This document shows, one piece after another, positions 24,551 to 33,200 of a stretch of 36,903 nucleotides of DNA (its first letter is position 1; every line of letters begins with the position of its first letter). The position numbers and the translations under genes were made by a program. The stretch is from Clostridia bacterium (lineage in GTDB: Bacteria; Bacillota; Clostridia; Christensenellales; CAG-1252), in assembly GCA_017455385.1 (NCBI GenBank), contig JAFTBD010000025.1:1-36903 (forward strand), read 5' to 3'. The notes below the pieces were generated by a model. The model worked only from the letters and a program-made list of their open reading frames with translations. It made no database searches and was not told the origin of the DNA.

Positions 24551-24597
24551 CCTCCTTGTTTTTTATTCCGAAGATGGTTATGCAAGGAACATCTTCT
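24551..24597 (-). promoter_or_regulatory. preQ1-I riboswitch (translational; the pseudoknot sequesters the SD)
   Basis: The minus strand reads GAAGAUG-UUCCUUGCAUAAC-CAUCUUC-GGAAUAAAAAACAAGGAGG. It has a P1 stem of 7 bp, a loop starting UUC and ending UAAC, and an A-rich tail. The tail CAAGG is complementary to the loop CCUUG (P2) and overlaps the RBS. The architecture matches the B. subtilis queC and T. tengcongensis aptamers. Confidence 0.75.
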
Positions 24598-24632
24598 ATC
24601 CATATAAATGCGCATACGCGCCAAGCACCTGT

Positions 24633-24662
24633 ATTGTAACACGGCGGGCGGTGGGTTGTCCA
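24633..24662 (-). promoter_or_regulatory. Promoter TGGACA-18-TACAAT with TGt extended -10, upstream of the riboswitch
   Basis: The plus strand shows attgta at 24633..24638 and tgtcca at 24657..24662. Confidence 0.5.
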
Positions 24663-24733
24663 CCGAAATCATAGCATTCGGAATAAGCAATGCCCTCTCC
24701 GCTTTCCTTCCGTGAGAAAATACAAAAAAACAC

Positions 24734-24762
24734 TTGCTTTCCACGCCGCAATGCTCTATAAT
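24734..24762 (+). promoter_or_regulatory. Promoter TTGCTT-17-TATAAT for tRNA-Ala
   Basis: ttgctt at 24734..24739 and tataat at 24757..24762. The tRNA starts 13 nt later. Confidence 0.6.
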
Positions 24763-24774
24763 ACAAAGGTGCTT

Positions 24775-24850
24775 GGGGATATGGCTCAGTTGGTAGAGCG
24801 ATACGTTCGCATCGTATAGGTCAGGGGTTCGAATCCCCTTATCTCCACCA
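24775..24850 (+). tRNA. tRNA-Ala (anticodon CGC), CCA encoded
   Basis: I folded the 76-nt cloverleaf by hand. Acceptor ggggata/tatctcc includes the G3:U70 Ala identity pair. Anticodon stem is atacg/cgtat with loop ttCGCat. T arm is agggg-ttcgaat-cccct. Discriminator A plus CCA is encoded. Confidence 0.95.
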
Positions 24851-24851
24851 A

Positions 24852-24877
24852 AATGTCGGATTTATCCGACATTTTTT
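24852..24877 (+). terminator. Rho-independent terminator after tRNA-Ala
   Basis: aatgtcgga-ttta-tccgacatt-tttt. Confidence 0.8.
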
Positions 24878-25004
24878 ATCCCTAACAGAGGATGAGAACC
24901 GAGAGCGAATAGGAAACGCCACCGTGCGGCGTTTTCAGCGGCTGACCGAAGCTCCGAGCAAGGTGAAAAAAACAAAACGTTTTGCCTTGCAAGGAGCAAA
25001 AGGA

Positions 25005-25027
25005 GAATCCCCTTGTCTCCACCAAAA
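25005..25027 (+). repeat. Direct duplicate of the tRNA-Ala 3' end (att-like scar)
   Basis: gaatccccttGtctccaccaaaa versus gaatccccttAtctccaccaaa at 24831..24853, 22 of 23 identical and 174 nt apart. The upstream sequence is not tRNA-like. Confidence 0.8.
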
Positions 25028-25065
25028 ACAACCGATTCGCACTCGCGAGTCGGTTGTTTTGTTTC
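25028..25065 (+). terminator. Hairpin plus T-rich tract after the duplicated tRNA end (probably the original tRNA terminator)
   Basis: acaaccga-(14 nt)-tcggttgt followed by tttgtttctttt. Confidence 0.6.
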
Positions 25066-25201
25066 TTTTACGAACGCAAGAGCAATCTTTACATCATTCT
25101 CACTTTGGGGTGCATATATCGCCGCTTTACGGCGGTATCGCCATATTTAACCAGTCTGTTCAAGAAACACACATTCGATTAATCAAAAAGGGAGAAATAA
25201 A

Positions 25202-25858
25202 ATGAATCATCCTATAACATTTCATTTTGCAGTCTGTATCGACGGCACCAAATCAATGGCCCCCATTTTGGATGCCGTGAAAGCCAACATCGAAGATCTG
25301 ATAAGAGCCCCTATTGAGGCGGATTATACTTTTGATTATCTCTGCCTCGAGGACGCTCGGATCAAATTCTTTGTTTTTCGCGATCATTCCATTCAAGAAA
25401 CGGACTGGGTATCATTACTGGAAGAACCTGACTGTTTCGATTACGTCAAAAACCTCGTCGCAGAAGGCAAGATCGAGCCAGGCTACGATGCTATGGACAC
25501 GCTTATCCGCGCGACCGATGCCATGTTCCCTATCAAGCTACGAGACTACGCAGGACTCCTCCTATTCACCAATTCCCCTTACTTCACTGCAGACGTTCTC
25601 CACTACGATTACGGCGAATTCAGCACATTGGATACTTGGTGGGAGTATTGGAAGAAAAAGAGTTATAACTGTGGATTCGTGAAGATCTATGCGCCTCTAC
25701 CGACAAAAACTTCCGACGAGGACCAATCTTGGGCAGAATGGACGAATGGTCCGAGCCCCCTCTACACGCCTATAAATGAAGACTCCGCATCGGATGTTAT
25801 TGCGGACAGCATAGACGAGTGGCGTTCATGCTTCCTGGATGACGATAGAGATGCGTGA
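25202..25858 (+). CDS. Orphan vWA-like (MIDAS-variant) protein, 218 aa, acidic C-terminus
   Basis: FHFAVCIDGTKSM gives beta1 plus a D-x-T-x-S MIDAS variant. Then come an amphipathic helix, ARIKFFVFRD, and AGLLLFTNSP (the position of the LLTDG strand). RBS is AAAGGGAG. GC is roughly 40-50% by spot counts, lower than the neighbours. Confidence 0.5.
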   Translation: MNHPITFHFAVCIDGTKSMAPILDAVKANIEDLIRAPIEADYTFDYLCLEDARIKFFVFRDHSIQETDWVSLLEEPDCFDYVKNLVAEGKIEPGYDAMDTLIRATDAMFPIKLRDYAGLLLFTNSPYFTADVLHYDYGEFSTLDTWWEYWKKKSYNCGFVKIYAPLPTKTSDEDQSWAEWTNGPSPLYTPINEDSASDVIADSIDEWRSCFLDDDRDA

Positions 25859-25965
25859 ACCAGATAAAAACCCAATAAAACAGCGGTCGAGAAACTTCGA
25901 GACGCGGCGTAGCCGACGGCAAATAGCGAGCTTGATGAGAAACATCTCCACCTTATTGAAAAATT

Positions 25966-26096
25966 GGATGAGATCCTTCAACTGCGTTCAGGATGACATC
26001 TATATTTTCGCGCAGCGTCTCCATTATTCCGAATTCCGCATTCCGAATTAGAGCATAGCGTTTCAGTTCCGCATTCCGCATTCCGAATTCCGCATT
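25966..26096 (+). repeat. Mosaic intergenic element (second near-identical copy): head, ATTCCGM x3, linker, TCCGMAT x4
   Basis: ggatgagatccttcaactgcgttcaggatgacatctatattttcgcgcagcgtctcc, then arrays at 26026..26049 and 26067..26096 around agagcatagcgtttcag. The last heptamer contains the stop codon of the S51 peptidase gene. Confidence 0.9.
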
Positions 26097-26805
26097 AAAG
26101 CGTCAGCGCCTTTATCTCTTTCTTTTTCGTTTCGCCGGTCGCGCTTCGCGTCAAAAGGTAGGCTTTGCCGCCGGCGGAGAGGGCGCCCTGCATCACGCCG
26201 TCCTCGAAGAGGAGCGCCGCGTCGTCCTCGATGGCGTAGGCATAATCGTAGCCTTCGCGGGCGAAGACCTCGTCGAATTCGGGACGTTGGTTATAGTGGG
26301 GCGTGGCGGCACCAATAAATTTCCCCATGCCTTTCGCGGGGCAGAACTCCCCTTCCACCAAAGAATCGGTGTACATATCCTCAAACCAACAGATGGCGCC
26401 CGCGGAGAGACCCGCGAGGATGGCGCCGCGCTCATAAGCCTCCCACACCATCTTATCAATGCCCGTCTCTCTCCACACGTCGATGAGGAAGAGGGTGTCG
26501 CCCCCGCCGACGTAGATGACATCCGCCTTGTCGATCTTCTCCTTGACGTGCTCCAAGGTCATCAGCCCTTTGGTGAGGATGGCGATGTCGCTCTTGAAGT
26601 CGAAAAGGGAGGTGTAGGTCTTGCGGAAACTATTAAAATAGGGATTGCTGTCATGGCTCGCCGTGGGGAAAAAGAGAGCGTAACCGCGGGGTCCGTCCGT
26701 GATGCGGCTACGTGCGAGGTCTGTGATGTATTTGTCTATGGGAGCGGTGGTCTTATTGCGGATCTCGCCGCCGCCGATGGGAATGAAGATCTTTTTCACG
26801 ATCAC
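26095..26805 (-). CDS. Peptidase S51 family (dipeptidase E / cyanophycinase-like)
   Basis: IYVGGGDTLFL, and AGLSAGAICWF (nucleophile Ser in G-x-SAGA). The GTG start overlaps the typA stop (GTGA). Confidence 0.75.
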   Translation of the reverse strand: MIVKKIFIPIGGGEIRNKTTAPIDKYITDLARSRITDGPRGYALFFPTASHDSNPYFNSFRKTYTSLFDFKSDIAILTKGLMTLEHVKEKIDKADVIYVGGGDTLFLIDVWRETGIDKMVWEAYERGAILAGLSAGAICWFEDMYTDSLVEGEFCPAKGMGKFIGAATPHYNQRPEFDEVFAREGYDYAYAIEDDAALLFEDGVMQGALSAGGKAYLLTRSATGETKKKEIKALTL

Positions 26806-28628
26806 TCGGCGTTCTTCTTCTTGAAGTTCTCCTTCGCGCGGTACATATTGCTCATAATGATCTTACGTACGCGGAGGGACTTCGGAGTGACCTCGAGGAT
26901 CTCGTCCTCGCCGAGGAATTCGATCATCTCTTCGAGGCTCATCCTCTTGATGGGAGTGAGGCGGAGCGCCTCGTCGCTGCCCGACGCGCGCATATTGGTG
27001 ATGTGCTTCTTCTTGCAAACGTTGACGACGATGTCGTCCGACTTGGGCGTGTAGCCGACCACCATGCCTTCATACACCTGCGTGCCCGGTCCGACAAAGA
27101 GGGGGCCGCGGTCCTGCGCGTTGAAAAGTCCGTAGGTCACGGCTTCGCCCGTCTCGTATGCCACGAGAGAGCCGAAATTACGCATCGTGATGTCGCCCTT
27201 ATATTCCTCATAGCCGAGGAAGATGGTGTTCAAGACGCCCTCGCCCTTGGTGTCGGTGAGGAACTCATTCTTATATCCGATCATACCGCGCGCGGGCATT
27301 TTGAACTCCAAACGGATGCGGCTGCCCATCGGGGTCATGGTCACGAGTTCGCCGCGGCGACTGCCCAGCTTCTCCATCACGGCGCCGACGCTGGTCTCCG
27401 GCACGTCCACGATGACCTGCTCGATGGGCTCCAGCTTCTTGCCGTCTTCATAGATATAAAGCACCTTCGGCATAGACACCGCGAATTCGTAACCCTCGCG
27501 GCGCATCGTCTCAATGAGGACGGAGAGATGCATCTCGCCGCGCCCTTTCACGAGGAAGGTGTCGGTGTTGTCCGTGTCCTCCACGCGGAGGGAAACGTCT
27601 TTCAGGAGCTCCCTATACAGTCTCTCGCGCAAATGACGGGTGGTGACGTATTTGCCCTCTCTCCCCGCGAAAGGAGAGTCATTGACCATGAATCTCATCT
27701 CCAAGGTGGGCTCGCCTATTTTCATAAAAGGAAGGGGCTCCACGCACTCCGCCGCGCAGAGGGTGTCGCCGATGGTGATATTCTCGCTGCCGCTGAAGCA
27801 GATGATGTCGCCCACCATGGCGCTCTCGACGTTTACGCGCTTCAAGCCGTCTATCTGCATCAAGGTGACGACGCGGGTCTTATAAGGTTCTTTGTCGCCG
27901 TGGAAAGAGGTGACGACCGCCTCCTGCCCGACTTTGATGACGCCGCGCTCCACCCTGCCGATGCCGATCCTGCCGACGTAATCATTGTAGTCGATGGAGG
28001 AGACCAATACCTGCATGGGAGCATTCTCGTCCCCCTCGGGCGGGTCGATATAATTCACGATGGTCTCGAAGAGGTCGGTGAGGTCTGCTTTCTGCTCCAC
28101 CGTCATCGAAGACGTGCCGTTCCTGCCGCTGCAATACACGACGGGAGAAGACAGCTGCTCATAGTCCGCGTCGAGGTCGATCATCAGGTTCAGCACCTCG
28201 TCCACCACCCGCTGCGGCTCTGCGTCGGGGCGATCCACCTTATTCACGCAAATGATGATCTTATGCCCGAGCTCCAAGGCTTTCTGAAGGACGAAACGGG
28301 TCTGCGGCATCGGACCTTCCACCGCGTCCACGAGAAGAAGCACGCCCGAGACCATCTTGAGGACACGCTCCACTTCGCCGCTGAAATCCGCGTGCCCTGG
28401 GGTGTCGATGATATTGATCTTGACGTCTTTATAATACGCCGCCGTATTCTTGGCGAGGATGGTGATGCCGCGCTCTCTCTCGAGGTCGCCGCTGTCCATC
28501 ACCCTCTCGTCCACGTGCTGATTGGAGCGGAAGATACCGCCCTGCTTCAACATCTCGTCCACGAGAGTGGTCTTGCCGTGGTCGACGTGCGCAATGATCG
28601 CTATATTTCTGAGATCTTTCCGTATCAT
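26802..28628 (-). CDS. typA: Translational GTPase TypA/BipA
   Basis: [29 protein letters not shown], and EF-G-like domains along the full 608 aa. Confidence 0.95.
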   Translation of the reverse strand: MIRKDLRNIAIIAHVDHGKTTLVDEMLKQGGIFRSNQHVDERVMDSGDLERERGITILAKNTAAYYKDVKINIIDTPGHADFSGEVERVLKMVSGVLLLVDAVEGPMPQTRFVLQKALELGHKIIICVNKVDRPDAEPQRVVDEVLNLMIDLDADYEQLSSPVVYCSGRNGTSSMTVEQKADLTDLFETIVNYIDPPEGDENAPMQVLVSSIDYNDYVGRIGIGRVERGVIKVGQEAVVTSFHGDKEPYKTRVVTLMQIDGLKRVNVESAMVGDIICFSGSENITIGDTLCAAECVEPLPFMKIGEPTLEMRFMVNDSPFAGREGKYVTTRHLRERLYRELLKDVSLRVEDTDNTDTFLVKGRGEMHLSVLIETMRREGYEFAVSMPKVLYIYEDGKKLEPIEQVIVDVPETSVGAVMEKLGSRRGELVTMTPMGSRIRLEFKMPARGMIGYKNEFLTDTKGEGVLNTIFLGYEEYKGDITMRNFGSLVAYETGEAVTYGLFNAQDRGPLFVGPGTQVYEGMVVGYTPKSDDIVVNVCKKKHITNMRASGSDEALRLTPIKRMSLEEMIEFLGEDEILEVTPKSLRVRKIIMSNMYRAKENFKKKNAE

Positions 28629-28667
28629 ATCGTTTTTCCTACCGATTTTTTACTTTTAACAAAGTAA

Positions 28668-28696
28668 ATTGTACTCTCCGTGCGTTTCCCCGTCAA
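28668..28696 (-). promoter_or_regulatory. Promoter TTGACG-17-TACAAT for typA
   Basis: The plus strand shows attgta at 28668..28673 and cgtcaa at 28691..28696. Confidence 0.6.
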
Positions 28697-28783
28697 GCAA
28701 AAATGCAAGAGCGCCATCCTGTTTTTCCCAAGAACGGACGGATGCGACGGAAACGCAAACGAACGCGCCTTTCGTCCACGACG

Positions 28784-28819
28784 AAAAAAGTCTCCTCGCC
28801 GTATAAGCGAGAAGACTTT
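28784..28819 (-). terminator. Rho-independent terminator ending the giant-gene operon
   Basis: The minus strand reads agtcttctcgc-ttatac-ggcgaggagact-tttttt, with one G:U pair. It lies 30 nt after the stop at 28851. Confidence 0.75.
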
Positions 28820-28850
28820 ATCGTAAGGTCTCTTTGATTTATTCAACAAT

Positions 28851-30233
28851 TTATTCCGCCTCGACCCAGCCGGGCTGAGAAGCGTACTTCTTGATGATGT
28901 CCGCGGTGTAGGTATCCTTCTTGATGTCGGGATCCTCGGCGTTCAGGATGCCGTCCGCAACCAAGGAATCATAGTCCCAGTAGAAGACGCCTTCGTAGTC
29001 CGTCACGCTGCTGCTGGAGCCGCTCGCATTAAAAGCACCGACTTTCACAGACGCATCGCCTGCCCATTCCTCCCAGTCTTTGAAACTGCGGATGTAGCCG
29101 TTGTCCCAGATCTTGAGATTCACTTTCAGACTGCTGAACTCGAGGTTCTCGCTGTTGCTACTCGTGCGGAGGTATTGACGCGCGACCTTGACCGTCTCCT
29201 CGTCCGTGCAATCCACGTCGAAGGTGATGTCATAATACTTCTGCTCATTGTCTTTGAGGATCTTGATCTCGACGTTGCGGATGGCTTCCTTATGATAATT
29301 GAAGTTATTGATCTCCTTCGGATCGCCACCATACACGAACGCTCTCTCGAGGAACTCATCGTAGTCGGTGATGACTTCGTCATACTCCTCATAGATACCG
29401 GACTTATTCGCCACACCGAGATTCAGGAAGGGAAGCTCGGAAGAGAACACCTTCGTTACGTCCGATTCGCCGTTACCGACCCTTGCCGAGGTGCCGGACA
29501 TCATGACCGCTCTGTACTTGCCGTCTGCGGGCGCATACGTGCGCTCCTGCTTGTCCAGAACCTGCGAAAGCAAGTCGGTCGTGCCCATATTGACCTTCGT
29601 GAGTTTCGCGCCTTTTTGATAATAATAGACGCCGTTATCCTGCACCTTGAAGGCACGAACGGTCATCTCGCCTTCCGCCGCTCCGCCGACTACAGCCGTG
29701 CCGGAGCCTTGCGCGATCATCACGCACTGCGCGGCATTCTTTTTATTCACGTTCGCGAGCGCATAGAGCTCCATCGCCGCTTCCGCCTTCTCGGCGTCGG
29801 TGGCACCACTTGTCAATGCGTGATCCAGTTTCGCTTGAAGCTCTGCGGAAATGGTGGTCTCCACTGCGGGTCTCGCGGGGTGGGTATTGAGGGGCTCGCT
29901 GGGGATATCCTCATTCAAGATCCAAGAGATCAAAAAGAACAGCGCCACCGCGAGCAAGATCGCCGCGAGCACGCCTCCGACGATGATGAGCGCCAGCTTG
30001 CCTTTGCCGAGCTTCTTCTTGGGGGGCTTTTTCGCCTCTGCATTCTCCGCCACGACTTCTTCGTAATTCTCGCGAAGCTCCACCGTGGTGGCATTCTCGG
30101 CAGGTGCCACGAATTCTTCCACAGAGGCGGCTTCTCCCGCGGGAGCCTCCGTCACCTCTTCTGCAGGGGCGGCATTCTCCGTCGTGGTCTCCTCGCCGAT
30201 CTCGGCGGGCGTTGTCTTATTCTCTTCTTCCAT
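28851..30233 (-). CDS. Single-pass (type II) membrane protein, 460 aa, function unknown
   Basis: The acidic N-terminal ~70 aa are followed by KKPPKKKLGKGK and a TM helix LALIIVGGVLAAILLAVALFFLISWIL (aa 80-106). The ~355-aa exterior domain has no motif I recognise. An AAGGAGG RBS lies 15 nt downstream of the giant gene's stop. Confidence 0.7.
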   Translation of the reverse strand: MEEENKTTPAEIGEETTTENAAPAEEVTEAPAGEAASVEEFVAPAENATTVELRENYEEVVAENAEAKKPPKKKLGKGKLALIIVGGVLAAILLAVALFFLISWILNEDIPSEPLNTHPARPAVETTISAELQAKLDHALTSGATDAEKAEAAMELYALANVNKKNAAQCVMIAQGSGTAVVGGAAEGEMTVRAFKVQDNGVYYYQKGAKLTKVNMGTTDLLSQVLDKQERTYAPADGKYRAVMMSGTSARVGNGESDVTKVFSSELPFLNLGVANKSGIYEEYDEVITDYDEFLERAFVYGGDPKEINNFNYHKEAIRNVEIKILKDNEQKYYDITFDVDCTDEETVKVARQYLRTSSNSENLEFSSLKVNLKIWDNGYIRSFKDWEEWAGDASVKVGAFNASGSSSSVTDYEGVFYWDYDSLVADGILNAEDPDIKKDTYTADIIKKYASQPGWVEAE

Positions 30234-30248
30234 AATTCCTCCTTATTA

Positions 30249-33200
30249 TCAGGCGGGGACGGTAACGGAGCCCGTCTTCAACGCCTTAGAATAATTCTCT
30301 ATTTTCACCGTGATGATGTAGTAATAGGTGGTGCCCGAAACGAGCGCTTCCGTATACTCCACTTCATGGTCTTCGTCACTATAATACGTCACGACATAGC
30401 CGTGTGTCAAGTTTTCTGTAGTGTAGAAGCGATCCAGCTCCTCGACGCCGACCGCGCTGTACACGGTGTAATCGAAGTCGGTCTTGACCGCATTCCACTT
30501 GACGCCGCTCACCACGATCTCCGAATCGGTGAGTCCGAGCTCGTGGAGGGTGATGGTGTATTCCTTGCCGGCATTATTCTCGCCTACGGCGTAATCCGGA
30601 TCCACCGAACGAACGACGATGGCATAGGGGATGACGTCGTAAGGCGCCACGTTCCTGTAATTCACGTCGCGGAGCAAGACGGACTCCGCATCATTCACGG
30701 ACATCGTCACCGAGACCCCGTAAGAGCCGCTGGTCGCCGTGATCACGTAGCCGCGCGTCTTATTGTAGTCCAAGCCCTTCGAGAGAGCATTCTTATTCAC
30801 CGTGCCGTCCACGAGCACGACCACTTCGTCCTCGATATTCTTCGGCGCGACGGTGAAGTCGATCATCGCCGTGCCCTTATAGAGCCCGTGACCGTCCACG
30901 TTCACGCACAGCGAGTAAGCGCCTGCGTGCAGGGTCTCATTCATCGCGATGGGCTCTGTCTCACCCTTGACGGTGATATACCTATTCTGATACTTCTCTT
31001 CCACCGCGCCGAGCTTGAAGTTGTCGACAAATGCGTCGATCACTCTCGCAGGCGTCAGATAGGTCTCCAAGGTGTCACCGTAAGCCAAGGTGTAAGAATC
31101 CACCTTGAATACGACGCCCGGGGTGACCGGTGTCTGATCCGCCGTGTGTTCTCTGTTGAAGAGCTCTTGATCCGCGCCGCGCACCGCCACGCTTAGGTTA
31201 CTATTCCACAGACGCACGCCGAGACGGCTGTACTCATCACGGATCCACTCGAAGACCAAGCCTTCGCCCGCCGCCGCCGACTTGTATTCGCGAACGCGCA
31301 CGGGTGCGGAGCCGTCGGTAAAGGAGATCTCGAGCTCGGTGGGCATCTGCGGCACACCGTCCACGATGGTGACGAGATCGTCCACGTGGTGGAAATACTC
31401 CTCAAAAGTACCGTCGAGCGCCGTCACCTTCTCATAGAAGGGAGTCACGCCTCCGTTCACGATGCCGATGGATGCCACCCTCTTCGCCATGACATGCACC
31501 TCGTAGCCGGCGATCGGCTGATAGCCGCCGCTCTCATTGCCGACGTAGACGCGGAAATCTTTATGCGTCGCCTCGCTCTTGCGCCCGCTGCCGTCATAGG
31601 AGAGGCTGATGTCCGAGATGTCGTAACGGAGATCCAAGGGATATTTGTGCAGGTCACCGACGAACTGGACCTCCACCTTGAGATGCGCCTCGTTGCCGTA
31701 AACGTTCTTGCCGAAAGGCTCTTGCGCATAGCAATCCACGTAAATGTAGGGCTGCGAGCTGCCGTCTATCCAAACGTACGCGATCTCACGCGATTTGATA
31801 TTCACTTCCACGCCGATCTTGACATTCGGGAGGTCGTCTCCGAGCTCGAGCTCCGCATAGACGGGGAAGCCGACGGGATCATCCGTGGGGTTATATTTAT
31901 AGGTATTGCCGAGCTTGGTCGCTAAAGGGTCCACCTTGGAGATGTCCCACTTGGCGGTCGTGCGAACGGGGAGCCCATTGAGCTCGAACGTGAGATAACG
32001 CGGATAGGACTGCTGAGAGTCGGGAGAGACGTAATACGGATTCATCTCGAGGGAGAATGCGTAGCTGAAAGTCTCTTTACTGCCACTGCGAGTGCCTGCG
32101 CCCTCGATGCGTTTGACCGCGCTGCCGTCTTCCGTCGCCGCGACTTCCGAACTGACGGCGGCGAGGATGCCCGCCACGTCAAGATTCTCGAGAACGGTCG
32201 CTTCGAGCACGACTTCTATCTTGATCTCGCCATAGCCGACGTTATCATCGCCGATGACAGCCGTGCAGAGGTAGCCTCCGCTGATATTCTGGACGGGGGT
32301 GCCCTTCGCGAGCTCGGTCTCGAAGAGGGTCGAGAAAGCGTCATAGCCCTCCCAACGGACGATATCGATCGTCTTGTCGCGAGAGATCTCGCCCGACTTC
32401 TTCACGTAAAGTTTCTTGGGATAAGTCTCCGCCTTGCGCGGATCATTCACTTTATAATTCTTGTCGCCGTCCGCCGTGAGCAAATAGAATTTCACTGTCT
32501 TCTTCTCGGCGATGGTGTCGTCCGTATACACCTCGTCGGACATCCCTATCGCGGGCGCGACGTAGGTGGCGACGGGGATATTCTGTCCTCTGACGACGGC
32601 GATGATCCTCTTTTCTTTCGAATCATTCTGCGTCAAGAAACCTGCCGTGACGATATCCGTCTTCTTCTTATACGCGGAGAGATCCCACGAATCGACGGAG
32701 ACGTCCGCATATTCGGACTTATCCTCGCTGAGATAGATGCGGATCGTGGACGGATAACTCTTCTCGTCGTAATAACGGAGCACATTCGACATCGCGTCCC
32801 GCACGGAGAAGATCAAACGCTTCTCGCCGTTATTCTCCGCGTAGGAGAGGTCGCCGCCCGAAACGGCGGTGCCGTCCGGTGCTACGTAGGCGGGAACGCT
32901 GATCTTGCCTCCCTCCGTCACGAAGTCGCACCCATAAGCGTGCGCACGCTTGAAGGTGAAAGACACCGTAATGGGTTCGCTGCCGACACGGCTCGTCCCG
33001 ACGTAGGTGCCGCCGTTCACGAGATCGCTCTCTTTGAACCCGTTCTCGAAGGACCAATCCGCGGCGAGGCGCGTGGTGAGCCCCTCCTCTTCGCCCTTAT
33101 TATAGGTGACGAGGATATAGGTCGGATAACGATAGGTGAAAACGTTTACGTCATCGAAGACGTAGGCATACATCTCCGAGGTCTTCTCCGCGATGGTCGC

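Noticed and set aside
24924-25205. A 93-aa ORF, and the overlapping 24982..25182 ORF, between tRNA-Ala and the vWA-like gene.
   Set aside because: They cross the duplicated tRNA 3' end and a terminator hairpin. They have no RBS and are not protein-like in composition.
28625-28849. A 74-aa minus-strand ORF between the giant operon and typA.
   Set aside because: It spans the operon terminator and the typA promoter. It is basic and low-complexity and has no RBS.
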